DNA from: an uncultured delta proteobacterium
GTDB taxonomy: Bacteria; Desulfobacterota; Desulfomonilia; Desulfomonilales; Desulfomonilaceae
Length of the DNA stretch: 64,000 bases
Assembly: GCA_963789265.1 (NCBI GenBank)
Contig: CAWBKB010000003.1
Span: 384,001-448,000 of the forward strand
Direction of reading: 5' to 3'
Part shown: positions 30,342 through 39,869 of the stretch, piece by piece
Layout: every line of letters starts with the position of its first letter
How positions within the stretch are numbered: position 1 is the first letter of the stretch
The notes under the pieces: model-generated
Told to the model about the DNA's origin: nothing
Databases searched by the model: none
Seen by the model: only the letters and a program-made list of their open reading frames with translations
Program-made: the position numbers and the translations under genes

Positions 30342-30857
30342 ATGAATGGCAAGACTTATAGAGTTGATCCCCGCATGGTCACGCCTGTCGCTTTGGCGAT
30401 GGCATTGGGGGCCTGCCTCTTGATCATGGAGGGAACAACCAGGAGAGGGTTCCTGTTGCTTTTGCTGCTCTCACCATTCTTTTATTTGGGAGCCGAGATC
30501 CTCGCAAGAAAGATAGTTGTGGACACGACAGGCATCACCGTATCGAAGCTCTTCCGATCTGTCGGCGTAGAGTGGTCGGAGATCCAATCCTTGGATGCAA
30601 TTCGATCGGGCAATAAGCTGTTTCTCATCGTTCAACGCGAGGAAGGAGGGCCCGTGATAATCACGAACACGATACGACCGTTTTCCGACCTCGTCTCCTC
30701 GCTGGTGGACGTGGTGCCCTCTGGGAAGGTGTCATCGCAGGTTCGAGACTTACTCACAGATTCTCCCTCCAAGTTCGGGCCCGTAGTCCAAGCGTGGCTG
30801 GTTTGTCTGGTTTTCATTGCTCTAGTGGCCGGCAAACTTCTTGGTTACGGACAATGA
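30342..30857 (+). CDS. Membrane protein, possibly with a bacterial PH domain
   Basis: Two N-terminal TMs, GITVSKLFRSVGVEWSEI, C-terminal TM; GAGG RBS. Confidence 0.65.
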   Translation: MNGKTYRVDPRMVTPVALAMALGACLLIMEGTTRRGFLLLLLLSPFFYLGAEILARKIVVDTTGITVSKLFRSVGVEWSEIQSLDAIRSGNKLFLIVQREEGGPVIITNTIRPFSDLVSSLVDVVPSGKVSSQVRDLLTDSPSKFGPVVQAWLVCLVFIALVAGKLLGYGQ

Positions 30858-30951
30858 TCTGACAACCACACAAAGAGCTTGACTCCTGCGACGCACAGGG
30901 TTAAGGTCCCGGCCCGATGCAACACCGAGGCTAGCATAAGGGAAGGACGAG

Positions 30952-31725
30952 ATGCGAATCACTCCTCTGGCCAGCGGCAGTTCCGGAAACTCGTTTCTGA
31001 TTCAAAGCAACGCGGCGGCCCTGCTCGTGGACGCGGGACTTTCCGGCAAGCAGATCGTGGAGAGGCTGGAAAAGGTGCAGTTCAGTCCTGAGGAACTCGA
31101 TGGGATACTTGTGTCTCACGGCCATTCCGATCACATTAAAGGGGTTGGGGTGCTATCGAGGAAGTTCAAGCTCCCGGTATGGATGAACCGAGGCACCTGG
31201 GAAGCGGTTGCGGGCCAGGTGGGTAAAGTTCATGAATTAAAGATTTTTGAAACGGGCCGTGTGTTCGTCGTAGCCGATTTTCGCGTCCATCCCTTTTCCG
31301 TCCCGCACGACTGTGCCGATCCAGTGGGATTCCGTATTTCCATAGGCACGGCCGGCGTCGGAATCGCAACCGACCTCGGCACACCTACCGGACTGATTGC
31401 AAGCCTGTTGACCGGCCTGCAGGTGGTTGTTTTGGAGAGCAATCACGATCCTGTCATGCTTCGAGACGGACCTTATCCCTGGGAGTTGAAACAGCGGGTC
31501 CGAAGCCGCCTAGGGCACCTGTCTAATTCAGAAAGCGCTGAGTTGCTGCAACGCGTTGTGACCGACGAGCTTCAAGCGGTGATTCTTGCCCACATGTCTC
31601 AGACGAACAATACCGCCGAACTAGCCCTTGATTGCGCGTGCGCGTCTCTTCAGGAATTTCTCGCTCAGGACGGCGCCATTTGCTGCGCCTACCAGGATGA
31701 AGTTGGCCCGACGATTGAATGGTAA
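30952..31725 (+). CDS. MBL-fold metallo-hydrolase (YycJ/WalJ-like)
   Basis: LASGSSGN, SHGHSDH, VPHD, LESNHD, GHLSN. Confidence 0.92.
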   Translation: MRITPLASGSSGNSFLIQSNAAALLVDAGLSGKQIVERLEKVQFSPEELDGILVSHGHSDHIKGVGVLSRKFKLPVWMNRGTWEAVAGQVGKVHELKIFETGRVFVVADFRVHPFSVPHDCADPVGFRISIGTAGVGIATDLGTPTGLIASLLTGLQVVVLESNHDPVMLRDGPYPWELKQRVRSRLGHLSNSESAELLQRVVTDELQAVILAHMSQTNNTAELALDCACASLQEFLAQDGAICCAYQDEVGPTIEW

Positions 31726-31880
31726 TCTGCATCGCTTCGGCGCAATTCTTTTTTCGGACTCTTTTCGGGAAAGCGGATTAGATGCGAAATCAGAAATGGC
31801 ACAAGATTGGGAGAGAATCGGAAATGAGTATTTGCAGAGTCCGAACGCCGGGGGATTTCGCCAGGGTGCTTACGGCCTGT

Positions 31881-32024
31881 TTATTCGTCAATGAGAGGGA
31901 GGAGTTTCTCTAATTCGGAGATCTTGAGAAGAAACTCATTGGTGGCATCTTCAAGCTCTTTGGACAGCAGATGTAGTCGGATGTCCGCGGGCGTATCTTG
32001 TTTTTGGGTCGCTTGTTCGGACAT
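31881..32024 (-). CDS. Putative 47-aa helical small protein
   Basis: MSEQATQKQDTPADIRLHLLSKELEDATNEFLLKISELEKLLPLIDE with GAGG RBS; too short to appear in the ORF track. Confidence 0.45.
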   Translation of the reverse strand: MSEQATQKQDTPADIRLHLLSKELEDATNEFLLKISELEKLLPLIDE

Positions 32025-32159
32025 ATCGTCACGCCTCACTCATTACCGAAGTTACGTCAGAATGTCTGACTCTATCTTGGTGAATTATAATCGAATTCAT
32101 GGCATATTTCAATAGCTAATGCACCGGACGGGAAGTATTGCCGGTTCTTATGGCCGAGA

Positions 32160-32456
32160 CTATTTCGCGGAGATGCCCACATAGACTTGGTTAATCATGT
32201 CTTGGATCCGCTGTATTGCATTTTGTTGGATGTATGCGGGATTGTGAATCCTCTGAACTTCGGGCGTACTCTTCTTCGATTTCATGCTTACAAGCATTAG
32301 TTCTTCTTCTTTGGCGATAATGACAAATTTCGTCTGTTTGTCTTCAATTGTGCAAACCCAATCTTTGCCGGAAACTCTTATTAGTGGTCTAATGCCCGAC
32401 TCCTTTGCAGTCCGTAGGGTTGCGAGTATATGATCAAAAGCCTCTTCACTGTTCAT
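32160..32456 (-). CDS. Hypothetical protein
   Basis: Clean ORF with GGAG RBS (TTG 32462 or ATG 32456 start). Confidence 0.6.
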   Translation of the reverse strand: MNSEEAFDHILATLRTAKESGIRPLIRVSGKDWVCTIEDKQTKFVIIAKEEELMLVSMKSKKSTPEVQRIHNPAYIQQNAIQRIQDMINQVYVGISAK

Positions 32457-32506
32457 TTGCAAGCCGCTCCACTAGCTTGGCAGTGAGCATATTTGTTCGT
32501 GAGCAC

Positions 32507-32539
32507 AAAAACATAGGGCGACCTCTACAAGATCGCCCT
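32507..32539 (-). terminator. Probable terminator after the ankyrin gene
   Basis: AGGGCGA / TCGCCCT stem with a T run on the minus strand. Confidence 0.5.
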
Positions 32540-32642
32540 CTTATGTGAAGCATAAGCGGCCTTTAAACAATTGCGCTTGGGTGCCGGTCAAGCAGCAAAT
32601 CGGTCGCATATATCAGGAACTCAATCTTCGTGTAATCAATTC

Positions 32643-33149
32643 TCATGCGGCCACATTATCATAAGCACCCCTTTCCACGAGCAATTTAGCCACCTCTGCT
32701 TCTTGCCATACATTGGCTTCCGTCAAAGCAGTCCGGCCGCCAATGTCCCGCACATGGATGTCGGCCCCTCCTTCCAGAAGGATGGTCACGACGCCGGCGT
32801 GCCCGCTCAAAGCGGCCTCTAAGAGCGCTGTCCTACCGTCGAAATCTTTAGCATTAACGTTCGCCCCCCACTCGATGAGAAGCTCCACCACTACTCTTTG
32901 GCCGGTAAGGGCCGCGAAATTAAGGGCAGTCGCGCCGAAGACACTATCAGCCATTTCGACATCCGCACCGTGATCCAGCAGTAGTCTGACCACCGCGCCA
33001 TAACCTCTCAGGGAAGCCTCGATTAAAGGCGTTGCGCCGCATTCGTTTCGATAATTCACATCGGCCCCCTGAGCTAAAAGCTCCCTCACCTTTAGGAGGC
33101 GCCCACCTTTGGCTGCGGAATCCAACTCAACACCCACTGGATCAAACAT
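32643..33149 (-). CDS. Ankyrin repeat protein
   Basis: Repeated GxTxLxxA..G...VVxLLLxxGADV. Confidence 0.92.
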   Translation of the reverse strand: MFDPVGVELDSAAKGGRLLKVRELLAQGADVNYRNECGATPLIEASLRGYGAVVRLLLDHGADVEMADSVFGATALNFAALTGQRVVVELLIEWGANVNAKDFDGRTALLEAALSGHAGVVTILLEGGADIHVRDIGGRTALTEANVWQEAEVAKLLVERGAYDNVAA

Positions 33150-34165
33150 TTCCCGCTCTCCGTATCTAATCAACAAAAAACACAGCCGGCAAAAGACTAC
33201 GACCCAGCGCCCCAGAGGACTCTCCGAGATCGCCCCCATGACCCCGGAGAGTCTGCGTAGCGGGCCTTATAAGGTTCGGCAGCACCCAGCATCAATTCCG
33301 CCCGCCCCCCTGAATAATTATTCTCCATCTTCTCTCACAACTGAGAGCAATCCCATTCATCGGATTGCTGCTCCCGGGCATGGTTATACGTCGTACTCGC
33401 AATTGTTATGCTGCTTCCCCGTCTCCGTTTAATGATGAAGACAGACCCACCGATGAGTTCGCTCCCCCACCGGTAACCTGTATGAGCTTGAGGGTAACCC
33501 CCTATTAGCCTTTTCTGGTTGGCCCGGGATAAAGTATGACTGCCGTTCTCTCCCGATCCGCGCACTCCACTGCTTTGATATTTGAGGCAGCAATTCTTAT
33601 GCCATTCGTGGACAACCCAATGGGAATCATTCCTTTATTTAGCAAAACAAAGTGGTTATCAATTGAACTCCAGCGTTTCCACTCGCGGACCGTCGAAACG
33701 AACTGCACTCAAAATGCGCATAAAACACCCAACAATCATCTATGAGTGTCTTATCAACATCTTACCGAATAGATGCGGGTAGTTTTTCCCCATGAGGCCC
33801 GCGGCGTGCAATAATTACCCGACACCCACTCGGACGTGGCAGGAATTGTTAAAGATTGTGCCATGAGTCACTCGATCGCAGTTAAGGGTGATTATACGAG
33901 AGCCGTGGTCAAGGACTTAAGGATTCAGGATCCTGGACTCATTTGAACAAACTGAGACAAACGGCGGGTCCACTAACACCGAACATCAGAAAAGATGCTT
34001 TGCGAACACACACATCTCGGGGTGACCGCGGGGCCACCCCGGATGAGTGCGCAAGATTCAGCCAACTTGTCGTTTTATCCGGACACGGTCCGCGCTTGGC
34101 CGGCTATCCCGACACGGTAAACGCAGATTCTGTAAAAGCGGGGGCATTCCAACGACCCCCTTACA

Positions 34166-34738
34166 TTATTGTATCAGCCTGTACGGATATGCCCGCTTGG
34201 TCCACTGATTGTCAGGATGTTCAGCCGACAGCTTGTCGTACGATGCTCGCAGAGGCTTGGGGTCATGCGTGCTCTTGTATAGAGAGACACCGCGCAAAAA
34301 GATCGCCTCGGGAGCGGCATCACTCTTAGGATACGATTCGAGAAGCGAATTCAAGCGTGAAATAGCCTCGTTAAACTCTTCCCGATCGAAGTGAGACTTC
34401 GCAATCCCGAGCATCAGAGAGGCTATCAGTTCCTCCGGTCCAAGAAAACCGACTGTGCGGTGATGTTCTGTGCCGTCAGGATCGAGGGTGACCAAGGTGG
34501 GAGTCCATTTGACCTTGAAGTCCGCCGAGAGGGGCTTGTGATCGTAGGCCACCCTGAGAGGAATTAGATTTTCTTGGATAAACTTCGCCACGGCTTCCCC
34601 AGGATACGTAACCGCATCCATCTGTTGACAGCCGAGTCATCCCGGGTTGAAGAAATCAAGTAGCACGTGTTTGCCTTCGGCCTTCGCCCGCGAAAGTGCC
34701 TTGTCCATGCCGTTTTCCCACTCAATTTTATTTGCCAT
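34166..34738 (-). CDS. Thioredoxin-fold selenoprotein (UxxC) with C-terminal TPR-like helices, 190 aa
   Basis: GGAGG RBS; MANKIEWENGMDKALSRAKAEGKHVLLDFFNPG-TGA-LGCQQMDAVTY is in frame with ORF 34166..34621; WTPT cis-Pro loop. Confidence 0.88.
34591..34636 (-). promoter_or_regulatory. Bacterial SECIS element
   Basis: Immediately 3' of the UGA (34637-34639): lower stem CGGCU/AGCCG, upper stem GGAUGCG-GUUA-CGUAUCC; loop begins with G, 24 nt after UGA. Confidence 0.8.
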
Positions 34739-34941
34739 AATTGCCTCCCCGGGGTAATCAAAGTCCCCTTTAGTTAATATTTTAAATACTATTATACGCA
34801 TCCGGCTAATATGGTCAATCCAAACGCGGCAAGGGGCATTAGTAGGAATCGACTTGTAACGGCAAAAGGTATGACCGATAATGTGAATGGGGCTTGAAGC
34901 TCGTAGAAAAATCTCAATTATGCCTAATGGGGGAGGACCCG

Positions 34942-35502
34942 ATGTGGAACAAGATTTCCTGGCTGCTCATAGGGATGTTGGCTATTTGTGTCAGCTACGG
35001 GGGGACGCTGTGTTCTTCTGAAACAACGGGAGCAAAGCGCATGAAACTTGAGATCAGGAGTACCGCGTTCGGCGACGCTCAAATGATACCGAAAATCTAT
35101 ACGTGTCAAGGCAAGAATATATCGCCTCCGCTGTCATGGGGGGCGGTCCCCGAGCAAACACGGAGCATTGCGCTTATATTGGAAGATCCGGATGCTCCAA
35201 TGGGGACATTTGTGCACTGGGTATTGTTCAATCTGCCGCCGGAAACCAAGGGATTGCCGGAGAACGTGCCGGTAGGAAAGACTCTGGCAAACGGGGCAAA
35301 ACATGGCGCGGGTACCTCCAAGAAAATCGGCTACATGGGGCCTTGCCCTCCAAGCGGCACTCACAGATATTTCTTCAGGGTGTATGCGCTGGATTCAAAG
35401 CTCGACCTTAAGAGCGGCAGCTCCAAGGAACGACTGTTGAGAGCCATGCAAAGGCACATTCTATCGGAAGGTCAATTAATGGGCACTTACAAGCGCCATT
35501 AG
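34942..35502 (+). CDS. YbhB/YbcL (PEBP / Raf kinase inhibitor-like) protein
   Basis: NISPPLSW, EDPDAP, FVHWVLFN, GPCPPSGTHRYFF. Confidence 0.93.
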   Translation: MWNKISWLLIGMLAICVSYGGTLCSSETTGAKRMKLEIRSTAFGDAQMIPKIYTCQGKNISPPLSWGAVPEQTRSIALILEDPDAPMGTFVHWVLFNLPPETKGLPENVPVGKTLANGAKHGAGTSKKIGYMGPCPPSGTHRYFFRVYALDSKLDLKSGSSKERLLRAMQRHILSEGQLMGTYKRH

Positions 35503-35619
35503 GGGCTAACGGCATTCGTTCCTATAGCGCATAGTCAGCCCGGCGCTGAAGAAAGTGTTTCAAAACTATTTTGATGCCCGGAATCGTGCTACGATTCAGT
35601 CTCATTCGTATAGTCGTCG

Positions 35620-35713
35620 CCCTCACCCCAACCCTCTCCCAGAGGGAGAGGGAGCCGATCCAGGGCAGTTTTGCACTTCCCTCGCCCTCTGGGAGAGGGG
35701 CACAGGGTGAGGG
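35620..35713. repeat. CCCTCACCC...GGGTGAGGG palindromic repeat
   Basis: CCCTCACCCCAACCCTCTCCCAGAGGGAGAGGG and an inverted partner; flanked by 14-bp direct repeats. Confidence 0.8.
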
Positions 35714-35848
35714 ATTCGTGCTACGATTCTGACCGCTTCATTGTTTTTGAGACAGTTTCGGGAGGCCGGCACTACTGTGATCCCGATGGGATCGGTCCCG
35801 CGGGATGCCGGTTGCAAAGTTCTCGATGAGCGGTTGCACAAGCAGTTA

Positions 35849-35877
35849 TTGACGGTTGTCGCCGTATTTGATATAAT
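35849..35877 (+). promoter_or_regulatory. Sigma70-type promoter
   Basis: TTGACG-17 nt-TATAAT upstream of 35934. Confidence 0.7.
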
Positions 35878-35933
35878 ACATCACATAAATATTGTATGGC
35901 ATTGATTTAATAATTACTTAATAGGAGCATGCC

Positions 35934-36257
35934 ATGTCGGCCCGATTTCTCTTCTGCCTGCTTGTCTCAGTTTGCGGCGCCTTGTTGACTGCCACACAGG
36001 GTTTTGCTTTCCAGTGCGGCCCCACGCTGGCTTGTGGCATGCCAACGGTGCCTGTGTGCGACCAGCCGATCATCCCCATGGCACCCTGTTGCGTACCTTC
36101 ACCGCTCTTCCCTCCCCCGCCGCCGATCGTTGCGCCTGTTATAATACCACCGGCGGTGGCTTGCGCTCCTTATTACTGCCCGCCTGCACTGCCTCCGAGC
36201 TACGCAGGATCCCCACGACCCCCTCGACCTCGAGTCATGCCTTATCCAATGAAGTGA
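35934..36257 (+). CDS. Exported Pro/Cys-rich small protein
   Basis: AGGAG RBS, promoter, signal peptide, poly-Pro, 9 Cys. Confidence 0.7.
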   Translation: MSARFLFCLLVSVCGALLTATQGFAFQCGPTLACGMPTVPVCDQPIIPMAPCCVPSPLFPPPPPIVAPVIIPPAVACAPYYCPPALPPSYAGSPRPPRPRVMPYPMK

Positions 36258-36314
36258 GGCCGCGAATCATACTAGTTCGCTCTCAAATAAGTGAGAATTG
36301 GCAAATATCAAACT

Positions 36315-36424
36315 GCACTGATCTGGCGCCATGAGGGCACTCAGGTCAGTGGCACCCAACATCCATTCATGAGGTCCAGGTGCCATCCCGCGTCCCGCGG
36401 GAGGCTTTGTCAGATCCGTGCTGT
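36315..36424 (-). repeat. About 110-bp structured intergenic repeat, copy 2
   Basis: Reverse complement of 12329..12439; first 46 bp identical. Confidence 0.85.
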
Positions 36425-36487
36425 ATTTATCGTTTGATAGCCTACCAATATCACTTACTTGAAAGCGCATCGCTATCAGGAGCAGGC

Positions 36488-37588
36488 TCAACGAAAATAA
36501 TCGACAATTATTTTGGCGGTCTTGTTAGCCACGTCCGTCCCCAGTTTCTTTACGACTGCACTCGACTTCAAGTAATCCCCTGCTTCAATCCTCCGGAGGC
36601 ATGACACGACCCGCCGTTTATCTCTTCCGACAAGCGCGGATGTCCCTTGCTCCAAGTAAATTGGTCGCTCGGTGTTGTCGCGGCATACCAGGCAGGGCAC
36701 ATCAAAGAAACTTGCCTCCGATTGAACTGACCCTGAATCGGATAGAATCAGCACGCATCCTTCCATAAGTGACAAGAAATCTATATATGGCTGGGGTGGA
36801 ACGAGAGTTAGGTTGCGAACGCCTTCTATTCTCTTCCTAAAGCCGAATTCATCCAAACGTTTCTGGGTCCTGGGGTGGATTGGAAAGATTACAGGGTATG
36901 GCAGAAGTTCCAGGATGTCGATCACATCGCTCAGCGACTCCGGATCGTCGACGTTTGACGGACGGTGAATGGTCACCAAAGCGTACGATCCCGTTTCTAA
37001 TCCAAAGGCTTTCCAGAGCTTCTTTTCGTTTATACCGGGGAGAAACATCTGGAGGGTCTCGAGCATGATGTCACCCACCAGATGCACCCGGCTCATATCA
37101 ATGCATTCTCTTCTCAGATTTTCCACACCGGACGGCTCGGAGACAAATAGAAGATTTGACAGGCAATCGGTCAGACGGCGATTATGCTCTTCAGGCATAG
37201 ATTCGTCGAAGGATCTCAGGCCGGCTTCCACGTGAGTCACCGGTATGAAGATTTTTCGTGCCACCAGCGCGGCCGCGATTGTGGAATTGACGTCTCCCAC
37301 TACAACGACCATATCGGGCTTGACCTCCTGACAGACTTTCTCAAATTCGATCATGATTCTGCCGGTCATCTCTCCGTGGCTTCCGGAGCCAACTCCGAGA
37401 TGATGTTCCGGCGGGGCCAAGCCGAGTTGCTGAAAGAATACGTCGCTCATCTCCTTGTCATAGTGCTGGCCTGTATGCACCGTGACGTGGCGAATGAGTT
37501 CGTACTTTTTGAACTCTTTCTCCAGCGGAGCTATTTTCATGAAGTTGGGCCGGGCACCGACCACGCTGACTATTTTCTTTGGCTTCAT
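36488..37588 (-). CDS. wecB: UDP-N-acetylglucosamine 2-epimerase (non-hydrolysing) family, GARPNFMK type
   Basis: VGARPNFMK, HTGQHYD, HVEAGLRSFD, SDSGSVQSEA. Confidence 0.9.
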   Translation of the reverse strand: MKPKKIVSVVGARPNFMKIAPLEKEFKKYELIRHVTVHTGQHYDKEMSDVFFQQLGLAPPEHHLGVGSGSHGEMTGRIMIEFEKVCQEVKPDMVVVVGDVNSTIAAALVARKIFIPVTHVEAGLRSFDESMPEEHNRRLTDCLSNLLFVSEPSGVENLRRECIDMSRVHLVGDIMLETLQMFLPGINEKKLWKAFGLETGSYALVTIHRPSNVDDPESLSDVIDILELLPYPVIFPIHPRTQKRLDEFGFRKRIEGVRNLTLVPPQPYIDFLSLMEGCVLILSDSGSVQSEASFFDVPCLVCRDNTERPIYLEQGTSALVGRDKRRVVSCLRRIEAGDYLKSSAVVKKLGTDVANKTAKIIVDYFR

Positions 37589-37607
37589 TGTCCATCCACC
37601 AGTTGGA

Positions 37608-38759
37608 TTACACCTTGTGCTCTGTCCAGCCTGCGCGCCGGCGCAGAAAGCTTTCTATGAGATCTACGATCCGCTTTGACGCGTGGCCGTCTCCAAAAGG
37701 GCTTTCCTGAATGATCATGGAAGAGTAATGTTCAGGGTCCTCCAGCAGACGCGATGCCTCTCGGACGATCTTCTGACGATCCGTTCCCACGAGGATAGCA
37801 GCGCCGGATTCGACCGCCTCAGGTCTTTCAGTGAGGTTCCTTGCTACGAGGACCGGTTTCTTCAAGGATGGCGCTTCCTCCTGAATGCCACCCGAATCGG
37901 TGATTATGAAGTACGCATGGCTCATAAGGGCTACGAATCGGAAATAATCCGGTGGCGTAATAACACGGATCCTGTCGTGCGATCCAAGTATGCTCTCGAC
38001 GGGTTCTCGCACGTTTGGATTGGGGTGCACAGAATACACGACAACAACATCCTGAAACATTTGGACCAAATCAACCAGCGCGTGAGACAAATTCGCAAGC
38101 CCGGGGCCGAAATTCTCTCTCCTATGCCCGGTAACGAGAATCATTCTTCCGGGCGGTAAAGCAAGATCTACGAGACCTTCGCGCAGCTCGCCCCGTTCGC
38201 CCAAGAGCGTTATAGTCTGGAGTAATGCGTCAATAACGGTGTTGCCGGTGATATGAATTGAATCCGGAGATATCTGTTCGGCGCGGAGGTTTTGGGCAGC
38301 CCGCTTGGTGGGGCAAAAGTTCAGGTCAGCGATGTGGGAAATAAACGTTCTGTTGACTTCTTCCGGGAAGGGCTGGAACCGATCGTAAGATCTTAATCCG
38401 GCCTCCACATGGGCTATCGGGATTTTCAGATAAAACGCGGCAAGGGCAGCCGCAAAAGCAGACGAGGTGTCTCCTTGCACCATAAGTATGTCCGGTTTCT
38501 CTGTGAGAAGGATGTCCCTGGTTCCTTGCAATGCGTTTACCGCTATATGAAAGAGGCCTTGATCCTCTCTGATTATGTTAAGGTCGTAATCAGTACGGAT
38601 ATCAAAGGCATCAAGCACCTGGTCCAAGAGCTGGCGGTGCTGACCGGTTGTGCAACATACCAGCCTAATGCGGTCCGCGCGTTTACGAATCTCTTTGTAG
38701 ACCGGTGCAAGCTTAATTGCCTCGGGGCGTGTCCCGAACACCAACAATACAGTAAACAT
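37608..38759 (-). CDS. wecB: UDP-N-acetylglucosamine 2-epimerase (non-hydrolysing)
   Basis: FGTRPEAIK, TGQHRQLL, HVEAGLRS, HRRENFG, TDSGGIQEEAP. Confidence 0.95.
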   Translation of the reverse strand: MFTVLLVFGTRPEAIKLAPVYKEIRKRADRIRLVCCTTGQHRQLLDQVLDAFDIRTDYDLNIIREDQGLFHIAVNALQGTRDILLTEKPDILMVQGDTSSAFAAALAAFYLKIPIAHVEAGLRSYDRFQPFPEEVNRTFISHIADLNFCPTKRAAQNLRAEQISPDSIHITGNTVIDALLQTITLLGERGELREGLVDLALPPGRMILVTGHRRENFGPGLANLSHALVDLVQMFQDVVVVYSVHPNPNVREPVESILGSHDRIRVITPPDYFRFVALMSHAYFIITDSGGIQEEAPSLKKPVLVARNLTERPEAVESGAAILVGTDRQKIVREASRLLEDPEHYSSMIIQESPFGDGHASKRIVDLIESFLRRRAGWTEHKV

Positions 38760-38909
38760 AATTCTTCATCCGCCTGCCGAAATTCGAAAATGAATTATGC
38801 ACGAAAACGAGTTCCACGGCAAACTTCGATAGGCAAACGTGATTGACATTATCAGCGATTGGTTTAAATTGATCACGTAAGTCAGCAAGCGGGCGGCTGA
38901 GGTCTATCA

Positions 38910-39458
38910 GTGGGCGCGGCAAGATTTTCCGTTATTTTGGGAGCAATGGCGCTGGTCATAACGGGCACGTTGCCGGCGAGCGGTCAATTCGGGGTTCTTC
39001 CGCGGGAGCCCTTGGAGACGGCAAACTTCTATATTGCCCCCAGGCTGAATTATGTCCGCTCGTATTGGATCTTTGACCAAACTAACAATAATGTCATCGG
39101 GTACGCTCCGTGGGACATGGTCCGTAGACGCTGGACGCTCTTTACCCTCACCGGAAAGTACGGCGGGTTCATTCAAGCCACTCTCGGAGCCACAAGACCT
39201 CCACATTATAAACAGTACCTTTGGTACGACAAAGACAATAGATATAAGGGCGTTTTCATTGCCCACCTAGGTGGCACACCGGTGACGACGGAACACCCCT
39301 TCGGAGAGCTTGGCGGGTGGCTGGAGATCTATCATGTCGGCAACATACCGATAACCCGACCCTCATATAAGTTGGAACTGGACCCGCTAAAGCGATTTCC
39401 CGAGGGCGTCGAGGTTACGCCGGTTGAGCCCTCCTATGGAGTTAAGCCGCCAAAATGA
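38910..39458 (+). CDS. Exported hypothetical protein, aromatic/Gly-rich
   Basis: GTG start with GAGG RBS; signal peptide; clean ORF. Confidence 0.6.
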   Translation: MGAARFSVILGAMALVITGTLPASGQFGVLPREPLETANFYIAPRLNYVRSYWIFDQTNNNVIGYAPWDMVRRRWTLFTLTGKYGGFIQATLGATRPPHYKQYLWYDKDNRYKGVFIAHLGGTPVTTEHPFGELGGWLEIYHVGNIPITRPSYKLELDPLKRFPEGVEVTPVEPSYGVKPPK

Positions 39459-39706
39459 CGGTGTATGGGCGCGCTCGCACAGGCTGTGTAGGCGGCCGAC
39501 CGGTCGCGAAACTGAGGGCTCTCGGCGCGGCCTTCCAAAAGAAAGCCACAAAGGACCGGTGTGGGAGCCCTATGACAGATAATATAGGAAACTGACCGGC
39601 CCTCGACACGTCAAAGCTGGTCACAATTCTTTCTCGGTTCGCGGCGCCTCCTAGCCATTCTTATTCCGCAAGCATTCAGTTACAGTCGGAATTTCCGGGT
39701 GGCTTC

Positions 39707-39784
39707 GTGGAGTGGGCTTTCTAGCCCGCCATTGAACAGGGGTTTCCACGGCAGGCAGTCCCGCGCCTCGCGGGACTGCCCCAC
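39707..39784. repeat. GTGG...CCAC REP-like doublet containing a TCCCGCG hairpin
   Basis: GTGGAGTGGGCTTTCTAGCCCGCC ... GGCAGGC[AGTCCCGCGCCTCGCGGGA]CTGCCCCAC. Confidence 0.6.
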
Positions 39785-39869
39785 AAAACTGAATGGTTTC
39801 CCTATTCCCGGCATTGTAATTGACTTTTCGAGTAATGCAGTCAATTGTGAACTTGAGGCGGCTAATAGT

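Noticed and set aside
39699..39869. N-terminal extension of the flippase
   Set aside because: Runs through a REP-like repeat; family similarity starts at ATG 39870.
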